Positions 1 to 12,467 of a stretch of DNA of 64,000 nt are shown in pieces (the first letter of the stretch is position 1; each line of letters begins with the position of its first letter). Position numbers and translations under genes: made by a program. Under the pieces are notes generated by a model. It saw nothing but the letters and a program-made list of their open reading frames with translations, ran no database searches and was not told the origin of the DNA. The stretch comes from Mustelus asterias (taxonomy: Eukaryota): positions 62,001 to 126,000 of the forward strand of contig NW_027590284.1 of assembly GCF_964213995.1 (NCBI RefSeq), written 5' to 3'.

Positions 1-589
1 TAAATGTGAGGATAGGATGCTTCTGACGAGGAGAAATTCCACTGACAAATTAGGGATCTTTCATAGTAAAGCTAACTTTATTTAATATCACAGTTTAAAT
101 ATAATTCTAACAAATGAATCAGCTTAATCATTAACAGTTGAACAACATTTAAAAATGCAAAGAAACAATCTTAATTTCTAACTTATCACTATTTCAGTTC
201 CAAATAAGCAACATTACTCTTATAGTTGTAAGTGCCACTTTAAATATAGTTAGTAACCATAAATATAGTTGAGTGTAGATAGTCTTAAAGCTTTCAGAAA
301 GACAACAAGTCTCAGAGCAGCTTGTAGAAACCCTCTATCTTCAAACGATTAGAACTGCAAAAGCTTCTTCCTGCAAAGACCCACTATCACATGACCTGTC
401 AATCAAATCTAGAAATCCCAGAGGAATGTCTTGTTTAAACAAAAGCCCATCAGCTCTATCAAAGTAACTGATTCCCAGCTTTCACAACCCTTGAGAGACA
501 CAGACACACCAGATACCTGCAGAATAAAGCTGGATTTTTAAACATTCCCCCTCAGCAGAAAAACATACACCCACTGCAATACTATCATC

Positions 590-822
590 ACGCTTCTCAC
601 ACTTGAAGCAGATAAATGACCTCTCCCCAGTTTAAACCCACTGGTGTCTAACAAGCTGAGAAGACTGAATGATCCCTTGCCGTACTCAGAGCAGGTAAAG
701 GGCATTTCCCCAGTGTGCGTTTCCAGCTCTGACGGTTAATTGAATATCTCTTTATACTCTCCACATTTCCATGGTTTCTGCCAACTGTGACTGTGGTTAT
801 CAATGGTGCTGATTTCTTCCAT
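590..822 (-). pseudogene. Degenerate type-A C2H2 zinc-finger relic
   Basis: Minus strand reads ttgaacATGGAAGAAATCAGCACC...KPWKCGEY...HTGEMPFTCSEYGKG...GERSFICFKCEK with stops and indels. Confidence 0.75.
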
Positions 823-944
823 GTTCAAAACTTTCTACTTTTCAGGTTATGATAAATTCTGTGGCTACATCCAAGCCTGATCTGATGTTTTGTGAGAGTT
901 TCCTGGCCACAAATCCTCTAAGACTGACTATATTAACATTATCT

Positions 945-2830
945 CAGGATTACTACCAGTGCCATGTGCTATTCAGAGTCGAAACAGCAGGATATATTGG
1001 GTGAATACCTGGCTGAAAAGATGATGTGAGAGGCAGGGTTTCAGATTCCTGGGACATTGCGACTGGTTCTGGGGAAGGTGGGACCAGTACAAACTGGACA
1101 GGGCCAGGACTGATGTGCTTGGGGGGTTGGGGGTGTACTTGTTGAGTCATTGAGAAGGTTTAAACTAAAATGGCAGGGAGATGGAAACCTATGTAAGGAT
1201 TCAGAGCAGAGGGTACCAAGAACAAGAGAAAAAGACAGCAAGAAGAATAAGAAAAGTGATAGGCAGAGAATTGAGAGCCAGAATCAGATACGGACACAGT
1301 AAAAAATGGTAGGAACTGGACAACAAATGTTAAAAGGACTAGCCTGAAGGTTTTGTACATGAACGCTTGGAGCATTCAAAATAAAATGGATGAATTTGTT
1401 GCACAGTTAGATGTAAAGGGGTATAATACAGTTGGGACTACAGAGACATAGCTCCAAGGTGACCAAGGATGGGAACTAAACATTGAGGGCTATTCAGTGT
1501 TTAGGAAGGACAGACATAAACAAAAACATGGTGGAGTTGCATTGTTAATTAAGGATGATATGTGGAATATGTATGGGTCAAGTTAAGCCACACCAAGGGG
1601 CAAAAAACATTTGTGGGTGTGGTATACAGACCACCAAATTAATGGTAATGTTAGGAAAAGCATTAGACAGGAAATCAGAGATGCATGTGTTAAATAAATA
1701 TCTGTGATTATAGGTGACTTTAATCTGCATACAGATTGGGTGATCAAATTAATCACATTACAATAGAGGAGGAATTTTTGGAGTGGTCTTCTGGCCCAAT
1801 ACTTTTGAGGAGCTAAGGGAGCATGCCATCTTGAACTGGGTATTGTGCAATGAGAAAGGATTGACAATCTAGTTGTGAGAGAACCCTTGGGGATGAGCGA
1901 CCATAATATGATAGAATTCTTTGTCAAAGTGGATAATGATGTAGTTGATTCTGACACCAGAGTCCTGAATTTCAGTAAAGGTAACTATAATGGATTGAGG
2001 CATGAATTGGCTATGATGGACTGGGAAACATGACTGAAAGGAAGGACAGTGGACAGACAATGTTAAAGTTTATTAGTCACAAGTAAGGCTGACATTAACA
2101 CTGCAATGAAGTTACTGTGAAATTCCCCTCGTCGCCACAGTCCGGCGCCTGTTCGGGTCAATGCATCTAACAACACGTCTTTCAGAATTTGGGAGGAAAC
2201 CGGAGCACCCGGAGGAAACCCACGCGGACACGGGGAGAACATGCAAACTCCACAGAGACAGTGACCCAAGCCAGGAATCGAACCCGGCAGCATTGCGAAC
2301 CACTATGCCACTGTGCCACCCACGGTAGGCATTTAAGGAACAAGTAGGTGAACTTAAAGTTGTTTACTCCTATTTGGCACAAGAGTGGAAAAGGAACTGT
2401 AGCCAAACCATTGCTTCCAAGGGAAATTAGAGAGAGCATTAGATTCCAAGAAGAAGCATAAAAATTGGCAAGAAAAAGCAAAAGACCTGAGGATGGGGAG
2501 CAGTTTACAATACAGCAAAGGAGGACCAAGGAATTGATTCAGAAGGAGAAATTAGAATATGAAAGTAAGCTAGTGGGGAACATAAAAACTGAGTGTAAAA
2601 GGTTCTATAGGTATGTAAAGAGAAAAAGGTTGACAAAACGAATGTAGGCCCTTTACAGTCAGAAACAGGAGAATTCATAACGGGGAATAAAGAAGTGGCT
2701 GAGGAACTAAATTCGTACTTTGCTTCTGAATTCACAAAAGAATATCCCATGATTCAAAAAGGGAGGAAGCGAGAAAATGGGGAACTATAGACTACTGAGC
2801 CTAACGTAGGTAGTAGGGAAGTTGCTAGGG
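945..2830 (+). mobile_element. Decayed CR1-clade LINE (APE endonuclease region), interrupted by a SINE
   Basis: Broken frames give LKVLYMNAWSIQNK..GYSVFRKDR..GGVALLIK, GDFN and SDH motifs, and KRFYRYVKRKR (ORF 2465-2647). Confidence 0.8.
2063..2325 (-). mobile_element. HE1-like V-SINE with alternative 3' tail
   Basis: tRNA-like head GTGGCACAGTGG...GGTTCGATTCC and V-domain GTGGAGTTTGCATGTTCTCCCCGTGTCCGCGTGGGTTTCCTCCGGGTGCTCCGG; tail ends CTTGTGACTAATAAAC. Confidence 0.85.
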
Positions 2831-2834
2831 TCAG

Positions 2835-3378
2835 CATAACCAAAGTCTTATACAGCTGCAACATGTTTTCCCAATTCTTATACTCAGCGTCTCGACCGAT
2901 TTAAGACCAGCATGCGATTCGCCCTCTTGACCACTTTGTCCACCTGAGTTGCCACGTTCAGGGTACTGTGGATCTGCACACTTAAATCCCTCTGTGCGCC
3001 AACATTTCTAAGGACTCTAGCATTTACTGTATACTTTCCTTCTGCAGTAGACCTTCCAAATTACATCACCTCACGTTTGTCTGTGTTAAATTCCATCTAG
3101 TAAGAAGTCTCACAACACCAGGTTAAAGTCCAACAGGTTTATTTGGTAGCAAAAGCCATAAGCTTTCGGAGCACTGCTCCTCGAAGGATTTCAGGAAGGA
3201 AGTAGATTTGGCTCTTGGGGCTAAAGGTATCAAGGGATATGGATGAGGAGGGGTGGGGGAGAAGAGGCAGGATCAGGATATTGATTTTGATGATCAGCCA
3301 TGATAATAATGAATGGTGGAGCAGGCTTGAAGGGCCGAATGGCCTATTCCTGATTCTATTTTCTATGCATGTTTCTAT
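2835..3378. mobile_element. Mosaic: CR1 fragment (-), Penelope pLTR stub (3098-3183) and CR1 3' tail (+)
   Basis: CR1 RT C-terminal sequence reversed; AGAAGTCTCACAACACCAGGTTAAAGTCCAAC shared with the other Penelope ends; tail GGCCGAATGGCCTATTCCTG..TTCTATG. Confidence 0.7.
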
Positions 3379-3476
3379 GTAACAGAGCTGGGGTTATTTT
3401 TCAATTCAGCAGAAATAGACTCAAATGAATGTGGTTCAGTCTGAATATGAAAAACAGCAAAATCCAATCACAATAA

Positions 3477-4184
3477 TTACTTATGAATTCGCTGATGTGT
3501 CAGCAGAGTGGACGACTGACTGAATCCCTTCCCACACACACAGCAGATGAATGGCTTCTCTCCAGTGTGAATTCGTTGGTGTCTCAGCAGATTGGCTGAG
3601 TGAGTAAATCCCTTCCCACACTGGGAACAGACGAATGGCCTCTCCCCAGTGTGAACTCGCTGGTGTTTTGCTAGGTTGGATGACTCCTTGAATTTCTTCC
3701 CACACACAGAGCAGGTGAATGGTCTGGCCTCAGTGTGAATTCGCCGGTGTTTTGCTAGGTTGGCTGACTGACTGAATCTCTTCCCACACTGGGAGCAAGT
3801 GAACGGCCTCTCCCCAGTGTGAACTCGCTTGTGTAATGCTAGGTTGAATGACTGATTGAATCCCTTCCCGCACACACAGCAGCTGAATGGTCTCTCCTTA
3901 GTGTGAATCCTTTGGTGTATACGCAAGCTGGATGACTGAATGAATCCCCTCCCGCATCGGGAGCAGGTGAATGGCCTCTCCCCAGTGTGACGGCGTCGAT
4001 GAGTTTCCAGCTGCGATGGGTATTTGAATCCCTTCCCACAGTCCTCACATTGCCATGCCATCTCCTTGTTGTGACTGTAATTATGTTCCGAAAGGCTGGG
4101 TGATTGGTTGAAGTCTTGTCCACACACACAACACGTGTACAGTTTCTCTCCACTGTGGATGGCGCTGTTTTCTTCTAGATTCAA
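3477..4184 (-). CDS. Type-A C2H2 ZNF, 8 fingers; family ATG mutated, first in-frame ATG at 4061 (7 fingers)
   Basis: Open frame with eight CxxC..HxxxH repeats and TGERP linkers; the paralogous ttgaacATGgaag reads ttgaatCTAgaag here. Confidence 0.75.
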   Translation of the reverse strand: MNLEENSAIHSGEKLYTCCVCGQDFNQSPSLSEHNYSHNKEMAWQCEDCGKGFKYPSQLETHRRRHTGERPFTCSRCGRGFIQSSSLRIHQRIHTKERPFSCCVCGKGFNQSFNLALHKRVHTGERPFTCSQCGKRFSQSANLAKHRRIHTEARPFTCSVCGKKFKESSNLAKHQRVHTGERPFVCSQCGKGFTHSANLLRHQRIHTGEKPFICCVCGKGFSQSSTLLTHQRIHK

Positions 4185-5129
4185 AACACAATGATATTCA
4201 GGTTACAATAACTTGGCCGACTCCATCAGGTTCTGATACCACGTTTGGTTTGCGTTTCCCCACTGCAAATCCTCCTCTTCTAAATCAAACTGATTTAAAA
4301 CAGCAAAAAGGGAGTGAGAGAGAACCCACAAAAACACAAAGGCAAGTTGTGAAATTGAGCTGAATGAATCTGGTATTTTGTGGGACCGGAGTGAGGAAAA
4401 GGTAAACATAAAAGCTGCTGAATTGTCATAAAAACCCAACTGAGTCACTAAGGTCCTTCAGGGAAGGGTATGTGCCACCTGGTCTGGGTCTACACAAGAA
4501 TCTGGGCACTGTGTGAGGTGACAGAGAGAAGTGGGAGAGGCAGTGGCGAAGAAGAGGGATTTCAAACATCTATAACTCGACGGGAACTTTGACAGAATCT
4601 CCCAAACTCTCAATCTCCATCACCTATAAGGACCAAGGTAGCAGGTAGATGTGAACACCATCACCTCCAAGTTCGCTTTTAACTCACACACCATCCTGAC
4701 TTGTCTGACATCCAGTACTAAAAGAACAGAAAATTCTTCCATATAAATACTGGGAAGACTGAACCCATTGAGTTCAGTTCCCACTACAAATTCCACTCTC
4801 TCACCACCAAATCTACCCCTCTTCCTAGCAACTGTCTTGGGGTGAAATATTTCACCCCAAGATGAGCTTCCAGCCACATATCATCATCATCAAGACTGCC
4901 TATTTGTGACATGAAACTCAGGAGAATGAGGATATAGAGGGAGAATGGAACTGACTGAATTGCTCTGCAGAGAGTTGCCATGGATTTGAGTTGCCAAATG
5001 GATTCCTTCTATGCTGTAATTTTGCATGACTGTAACACTACATACTCTACCTCTCCTTTCCTTTTCTATGTACAGTATGCTTTGCCTGTATAGCACGCAA
5101 AAAACAATACTTTTCATTATACACTAATC

Positions 5130-5298
5130 CAAGAATAGAATCCCTACAGTGCAGAAGGAGGCCATTCGGCCACCGAGTCTGTACCAACCACAATCCCACC
5201 CAGGCCCTATTCCCACAGCCCCACACATTTACCCTGCTAATCCCCCGACACTATGGTCAATTTATTATGGTCAATCAACCTAACCCACACATCTTTGG
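5130..5298 (-). mobile_element. HE1 V-SINE 3' portion
   Basis: Reverse complement of the HE1 tail GGCCTGGGTGGGATTGTGG...GAATGGCCTCCTTCTGCACTGTAGGGATTCTAT. Confidence 0.8.
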
Positions 5299-5855
5299 AA
5301 CCAAAAGAGAAAATGCTGGAAAATCTCGGCAGGTCTGGCAGCATCTGTAAGGAGAGAAAAGAGCTGACATTTCGAGCCCAGATGACACTTTGTCAAAGCT
5401 AAAAAGCATAGAAAGTGGGAGATATTTATACGCAGGGTGAGGGAATGAAAGATGAGTCATAGCCACAGAAACTCCTTTGCTTCCCCTTTCCCTAAATATT
5501 ACCTCTCTCCCACCCATTCTTCCCCCCCGTCCCCCCACATCTTCATCTGTCACAGCTTACCCTCTGATTTCAGCTTCTCTGCCATTAGGCCAGTCACACC
5601 CTTTATTCTCTCTATGGACTGCCATTAGCAGCCTTTTCCCCTGGTTTCTGTGGCTACGACTCATCTTTCAGTCCCTCACCCTGCAGCATAAATATCTCCC
5701 ACTTTCTATGCCTTTTAGCTTTGACAAAGGGTCATCTGGACTCGAACCGTCAGCTCTTTTCTCTCCTTACAGATGCTGCCAGACCTGTTGAGATGTTCCA
5801 GCATTTTCTCTTTTGGTTTCAGATTCCAGCATCTGCAGTAATTAGCTTTTATCCG
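5299..5855. mobile_element. Penelope-derived non-autonomous element with ~170 bp inverted arms and degenerate hammerhead motifs
   Basis: 5300-5472 is the reverse complement of 5644-5817; AGCT-TTGACAA-AGGGTC..GACTC-GAAC-CGTC-AGCT at ~5717-5755 is a mutated hammerhead core. Confidence 0.7.
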
Positions 5856-6159
5856 CACATTTTTGGACAAGGGATAATAATAAATCGAATCAAATAGGTA
5901 ACATTGACAAAGTGCTATATATTCCAAGACAAGAAATAGGGAATCATAAATAACATAGTATATAACATACAACTACGTTAAACATATCTCTGTCCCATAC
6001 TAATTTACTGTTCATTTAAATATTAGCCCTCTCCTGGGAAACTCCCCCTTTAATTGTGAACATTGGGTAAGAGGCTATCCTATTATCCAGATAAATAAAT
6101 CTGTCAAACTTAGGGAGTTAAAGGTTGTCTATGTCTTTGCGAGAGAAAGAAAAAGATAC

Positions 6160-6545
6160 CTGGGCCTAGTCCTGCTCCTAATTCCGGTGTCCGTCTGTAA
6201 CCCTTCCAGAGTGTGCAGCCTCCCTGGATTCACTTCATTCCCTTCAGTTGCTGCAAGTCCCCAATTTCCCCCAGAATGAGAAAAGAAATGGAAAGAGGGA
6301 AACATTGATTTCCTCCCAGATGTTGGCCCAGAGGAGGAAGTTTCCCTCTGAAGCTCGTTGGCCAACTTCCGCGTTGTGATGTCACAATGGAGCCCTGCCT
6401 GAAGCAGCCAATAGGAATCAATCTGCTCCACGGTGACGTCCTGATGTTCCAGTGCGCAGGCTCGGAAGCTGTCGCCTCTCCACCCCCTCCCCCCGGATAG
6501 GCATCAATTGATGCCCCTCCTCCGGGTTCTGGCCAATCGGGAAAA
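6160..6545 (-). promoter_or_regulatory. CpG-rich promoter and exon 1 of the 3477 ZNF (donor CCCAG/GTATCT at 6160)
   Basis: CCAAT boxes (6408, 6532), GTGACGTC, ETS-like CTTCCGC; near copy at 49731-50060. Confidence 0.65.
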
Positions 6546-6552
6546 AGATACC

Positions 6553-6673
6553 TTTTGGTTTCAGATTCCAGCATCTGCAGTAATTAGCTTTTATCCGCAC
6601 ATTTTTGGACAAGGGATAATAATAAATCGAATCAAATAGGTAACATTGACAAAGTGCTATATATTTCAAGACA
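6553..6673 (+). repeat. ~120 bp near-exact direct duplicate of 5811-5931
   Basis: TTTTGGTTTCAGATTCCAGCATCTGCAGTAATTAGC...GTGCTATATATT(C/T)CAAGACAA occurs at both sites. Confidence 0.9.
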
Positions 6674-7754
6674 ATTTATTGCAGTAAAAGTCTGAAATGA
6701 ATGAAACCTTATTCTTTGGTTTATTCCATTGGGATTGTCTGGGAATTGTTTATTTGAAGATTATCAGTCTCTACGGAGATCATAACAGAGGTATTTCTAG
6801 TTTTGTTATTGTACATGTTAGATATATTATTTTTGGTGCTGCAGTAAAGTACATTTATTTTTTATTTCTATTCTTGGAATATAGTAATATAGTTGTGTTA
6901 TATATTTCCAGTCAGTGAGACATTGCAGCACAAAAAGAGTCCATTTGGCAACTCGAGTCCATGTCAACTCTCCATAGAACAATCCAGTGGGTCCCATTCC
7001 CCCTCTGTATCACTGTCCTACAGGTTTATTTCTTTTGAATGACCAACATCATTTGAAATCATGGGTTCTCTTTCTCTCTGCTTCCACCATCCACATGTGG
7101 GGTGAATTCCAGTTTATGACCACTTGAAGTCCAAACAAACATTCAACACATATTCCCTACCTCTCTATAATAAAGTAATATAGCACTTTTACACAAATGA
7201 TAGTCCAGTTCTATATGAATATAAGGGATATATTGGTGAACAGCTTGCCTGAAGATTGTCAGGTCTTTGTGTCCTGGAGCATGACCCAGCAGCTTCAGCA
7301 GAATCGGGAGGGTGAAGATTCGGTGCAGAATGTGTGGGACAGAAATTTACAACTTTTCAGGAATAAAAGAATAGAAAATAGTTTAATTGAATCGAGAATT
7401 GTCCATCCTGAATTTTTTTCTATGTGCACGGTGTTGACTTTTGTAAACTTCTTTCACAGGATATTAGAAGGGGAGGATTTACAGGACAGAAATATCAAAA
7501 CAAAACATTACGTTCAGATCTGACAGTCACTCAATTAATCACAACGTGAATATCATTGGCCTTTGACTCGAGAAGGAGAATTGTTTGGGTTTGTTTCTGT
7601 CTGTGGGAAAAGATTGAACATTAGTGTGACTGGAAAAGCACTGAGAAGTACAAACCTGAGTGTGTGTTCAGGTTACACAGCCTGAAAAGCATTGCCCCAT
7701 TTACATTGAGAGGGAGTGTACATCTGTTCTCAGTGAGGACGAGGCTTCATCTGA

Positions 7755-8864
7755 TTGTCAAACCTGGAGGGACAGGCGGCCTCCCGCATCAGGGAGAAAC
7801 AGTGGAAATGTGGGGACTGCGGAAAAAGATTCAAAGCACCGTGTGAGCTGGAGATTCATCGACGCAGTCACACTGGGGAGAAGCCATTCACCTGCCCTGA
7901 TTGTGGGAAGGGATTCTCTCAGTTATCCAACCTGCTGACACATCAGAAAATTCACACTGGGGAGAGGGCATTCACCTGCTCTGAATGTGGGAAGGGTTTC
8001 GCTGATTCATCTCGTCTTCTGACACACGGACGCATTCACACGGGGGAGAGGCCTTTCACCTGCATTGAGTGTGGGAAGGGGTTCGGAGATTCATCCAGCC
8101 TCCGGAGACACAAGCGAGTTCACACTGGGGAGAGGTCATTCCCTTGCTCAGTGTGTGGGAAGGGATTCAGTGATTCCTCTGCTCTGCAGAAGCACCAGAG
8201 AGTTCACACCGGGCAGAGGCCATACACCTGCTCTGACTGTGGGAGGGGATTCACTCGGTCATCTCACCTGCTGATACATCAGCGAGTCCACACTGGGGAG
8301 AGGCCGTTCACCTGCACCGTGTGTGGGAAGGGATTCAGTGCATCATCTACCCTGCAGAACCACCAGGCAGTTCACACTGGGGAGAGGTCATTCACCTGCT
8401 CCGTGTGTGGGAAGGGATTCACTCAGTTATCAACCTTGCTGCGACATCAAGCAGTTCACACTGGAGAGAGGCCGTTTCCCTGCTCTGTGTGTGGGAAGGG
8501 ATTTACTAGGTCCACTAGTCTGCTGACATACCAGCGAATTCACTCTGGAGAGAGACCATTCAGTTGCACTGAGTGTGGGAAGGGATTCACTGATTCCTCC
8601 TGCCTCTGGAAACACCGGCGAGTTCACACCGGGGAGAGGCCATTCACCTGCTGTGTGTGTGGGAAAGGATTCACTGAGTCGTCCAGTCTGCACGCACACC
8701 GTCGAGTTCACACTGGGGAGAAGCCTTTCACCTGCTCTGAATGTGGGAAGGGATTTGCTGATCCTTCCAGCCTGTGGAAACACAAGCAAGTTCACACGGA
8801 GGAGAGAGGCTGTTCACCTGCTCTGAGTGTAGGAAAGGATTCACTGAGTCATCCAACCTGCTGA
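7755..8864 (+). CDS. Type-B C2H2 ZNF, 12 fingers, no ATG anywhere in the frame; acceptor near 7459
   Basis: 369-codon open frame with 12 finger repeats; the family start accATGgag reads atcAGGgag at 7791; a frameshifted 13th finger follows. Confidence 0.7.
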   Translation: MSNLEGQAASRIREKQWKCGDCGKRFKAPCELEIHRRSHTGEKPFTCPDCGKGFSQLSNLLTHQKIHTGERAFTCSECGKGFADSSRLLTHGRIHTGERPFTCIECGKGFGDSSSLRRHKRVHTGERSFPCSVCGKGFSDSSALQKHQRVHTGQRPYTCSDCGRGFTRSSHLLIHQRVHTGERPFTCTVCGKGFSASSTLQNHQAVHTGERSFTCSVCGKGFTQLSTLLRHQAVHTGERPFPCSVCGKGFTRSTSLLTYQRIHSGERPFSCTECGKGFTDSSCLWKHRRVHTGERPFTCCVCGKGFTESSSLHAHRRVHTGEKPFTCSECGKGFADPSSLWKHKQVHTEERGCSPALSVGKDSLSHPTC

Positions 8865-8924
8865 GACATTATGGCAGTCACACCGATTAGAGACCTTTTA
8901 AATACTCTGCCTGTGGGCGTTAAT

Positions 8925-9770
8925 TGTATAATTTGGGGTTAAATATATACAAGCAGTGGACATTGATTAGATGTTTACATGAGCACATATAGACACTTAC
9001 TGACAGAGCATGGAATGGTATTAGGAGTTATATACCAGTAATGTTTCACTCTGTGAATAAATCTATACCAAGTAAAGATTGGAACCAGTTTCCTCCTTCA
9101 CCATAAGACGGTCAGGATTATAACATGGTGACAGAGAATGTTTAAAAATACATGAAGTTTCCAATCTGAATGTTTTAGAAGGAATAATGATAGCTTTGAT
9201 AAAAATCAAAGGGAAAGATGCAAATTATCTTAAAACTACACAGACAATTTGTTCACACTTTTTGCCAAAGATTAAAAGTCCTGCTTCAAGATGCAGGAGC
9301 AGTTGATGAAGAGTATACGAGACTCATACAAGAGACTAGTGCAAAGTGTACAATGTATAAAAGTTATCGGAGGATGCCATCACATCCCAACAGTGAACCT
9401 TCCCTTGGCCCTTGGGGCTGGAGCTGTGGCACCAGCTCAGTTTCTGAATGATGAGTTTTGAGACGTGTGTGAAAACATGAACATTCTGGTCAGGAACACG
9501 GCAGCTGAAAGTCCTTTCAGTGCTGGACTCTGTGAAAGGAATCACTCGGTGATCGATGAAATGCTGCAGGAAATCTCAGCTGATCAGCCAAACTGCAAGT
9601 TGACAACTGCACCGGCCTGGATGATTCATGTAAAGAATTCACTTCAGGTGGTTGGAGAGTATAATCCCTGTTAATTGGTCTGCGGGAAAAATTCCAAATG
9701 ACCCTCTGTGCTGGGGATAGTCCTCCTGATTTAGAAGGGATGACAATTAGTACAATTTTTATTCATTTAT
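8925..9770 (+). mobile_element. Internally deleted LTR retrotransposon: LTR 8925-9125, PBS 9126-9143, integrase fragments (Copia/GalEa-like)
   Basis: TGTATAAT...ATTATAACA termini with an internal AATAAA; TGGTGACAGAGAATG resembles the tRNA-iMet PBS; peptides KLHRQFVH..C (zinc-binding) and TAAESPFSAGLCERNH..AW..KNSL (integrase core). Confidence 0.7.
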
Positions 9771-10484
9771 TGTCTGATTGTTTCACTGGTGCTCGAGCTA
9801 AGAAATTATTGTAGATCCTCGATGAGGGGTGTCTTATAGTGTAATACTTTGTACAAAATAAAGACCATCATGTTTTTATTTTTCAAATAGTTTTGAAATA
9901 TTGTGTGTTGTTATAATTCGGGTCGAGAACATTAACGTTCAATGAGAAATCCAAACACCCATCACAAGATTCCAGGTTTTTAAACAAAATCAAACTTTAC
10001 TGAATATAAACAGAATATTAAAAACCAGCTCGATGAATCATATTTTGTAAAGATTTATGCTGTAAACTCAGTTCTGACTCAAAACATGAACTCTGTTTTC
10101 ACTCTCTACAGATGCTGCCAGACCTGCTGAGATTTTGCAGCATTTTTCCTTTTTTGTACTTTTTAAACCCTTACTCCTGGACAAGAATGCCCTTATACTT
10201 AATATCTTGAATGTACATTCACTTCTGTTCCTGGGACAAATCCCAAAGGTATGTCAAAGCTCCCAGAATTAACTTTAATTCTCCTCAGTATTCCAGCTAT
10301 TCTCCAGGCTCCAAGATTTCATGAGGATCCTTCTATTAGCTTTCGGCTAAACAACTCTCCAACTTTCCTTTGTGATTTCAAAATTGACTCAAAACATGGA
10401 CTTCTCAATCCAAGCATGGGCTTTACTGCCTTCTTGCTGAGAGATTGATACAATAGGAACACCCATGGTTCCTAATGACCTCCT

Positions 10485-10637
10485 CGGCTCCCGGTCCCAC
10501 AGCTGGTTCACAGCTCCCGCTCCCACAGCTGGTTCACAGCTCCCGCTCCCACAGCTGGTTCACAGCTCCCGCTCCCACAGCTGGTTCACAGCTCCCGGTC
10601 CCACAGCTGGTTCACAGCTCCCGGTCCCACAGCTCCC
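10485..10637 (+). repeat. 26-bp minisatellite, ~6 copies (CAGCTCCCGCTCCCACAGCTGGTTCA)
   Basis: Unit starts at 10511, 10537, 10563 and onward. Confidence 0.95.
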
Positions 10638-12467
10638 AAGCTAACTGCAGACTGCCTGCTTTCTGTGAAAAACATCAAGAAATCCAACCCACACCATTCT
10701 GAATCACTTATCCTCATGGTACCAGACCAGGAGGGATGTCCAAAAGATGTTTAAATTAATTAACTTTTAGTTTCAGAACCAAACCTTTTTTCTTGAGGTC
10801 TGCGTGAAGAATTCCCCTCTCGAACAAAGACAGGAAAAACAGTTGTCAGACCCAATGTCTCCAGCTAAAAGAGCCCAGCTGCCGTGTTACACTTGTTCTT
10901 ACCCTTCGAGCTTTGACTTCTCAAACCAATATGGGCCACACCTTGTGACTGCAAATTCCCTCAGGGTGTTTTTATCAGATTCTGAAACCAGGTTTTCCAG
11001 TTGTTACATTTTTTTAAAAATCCAAAATTAATATTTCTGAAACACATGAATTATTAAACTAGATCTTCACAACATATTCCCAGGAAGAAATGAAAATGTA
11101 TCACTCTATAATATCCCAATTAGAATATTACAATGTAAAGCATACTGTATATCTTAACAACAGTCATGATCTAATCGAATTGTGGAGCCGGCTCAAAGGG
11201 CCAAATGGCCAACTCCTGTTCCTAAATCCACTGTTTTCCTCTGTTGATCTATCTTATAACCTGCAATAGACATAATAATCCCTCCATTGTCCACTTCACA
11301 TTCACAAGTCCAGCTTGGTAACAGCACACTGCTGGGTTCCATGTCCAGGAATCTCACTCCACTGAAGATGGAAAATATTATTGCTTGTAGTGTTTTCTGA
11401 AAGTTTTCTTCTTTCAATAATTATAGTAATTTTTACTAATTATAGTTTCTTCTGCAAGAGGACAGTCCTCATTGCTGTTCAGTTGTGGATTTCCAATTCT
11501 GAAAACAGTCTGTTCAGAGTTCACATTTTGAACTTCACTTTCTTCCATGTTTGTAGCTCCTCCATTGTTTAAATCCAGAGAGAATATTCCAGTCAATTCC
11601 ACATTGAAATGTCTTCTTCTTGCTCTGTTGTAGCTGCAGCTTCATTTTTAACTCCACTTCCCAGACTCAAACATTCTGGATTCTCTTTTGGAGAGAGCAA
11701 GTTCAAAATGGCTTCTTTCTGTTCCTTCATTGGACAAAATCTTCTTTAGCCACTTTAAGAATGTTGTTAAAATGCTTTTTATGTTAAGCAAAAAGGTCTG
11801 ATATTCTTGTTTGGAGCATTTTGGATCTTGGACTTCAGAAATCGGGGAATTGAGAACAGAAGCAGGGAATTTATTCTGATAGTTTCTAAAGCTCTGGTGA
11901 GGCCACAACAGAATACTGAGCCCAGTTCTGGTCACCACACTTTAGGAAGGATGTGAGGGTCCTTGAGAGAGTCGAGAGGAGATTTACCCCACAATGGTTC
12001 CAGAGATGAGGAAGATGACGCGAATGTGGAACTTGCTACCAGTGAGTGGTTGAGGTGAACAGCATGAATACATTGAAGGGGAAGCTAGATACATAAATGA
12101 GGGAGAAAGGAATAGAAGGATATGCTGAGGGGGGGAGATGAAGAGGGGGGTGGGTGGAGGCTCATGTGGAGCATAAATATTGACACAGACCAATTGAGCC
12201 GACTGGCCTGGCCCTGTGCTGTAGACTCACTGGAACAGAGACAAATGTATTTATTTTAGATTTACCTCGTGTTTGTGGATCATCACAGTAAAATGTGCAC
12301 TCCCAAATTCAAACAGCATCGACCCACTGGCAGCAAAGCCATGAGGTTGGTCAGTCCAGCAGAAAGAAACCCTCCGACCCTCTCACTTCAGCAACTGTCA
12401 GAATGAACATGGTTCAGTCCTGGATGTGATCAACAGCAGCAAGAACAGCAGAATCCAACTCCTGTAA

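Noticed and set aside
8065-8826. Alternative-frame ORFs over the ZNF arrays ([26 protein letters not shown])
   Set aside because: They are predictable shadow frames of the 84-bp finger repeat and appear over every array.
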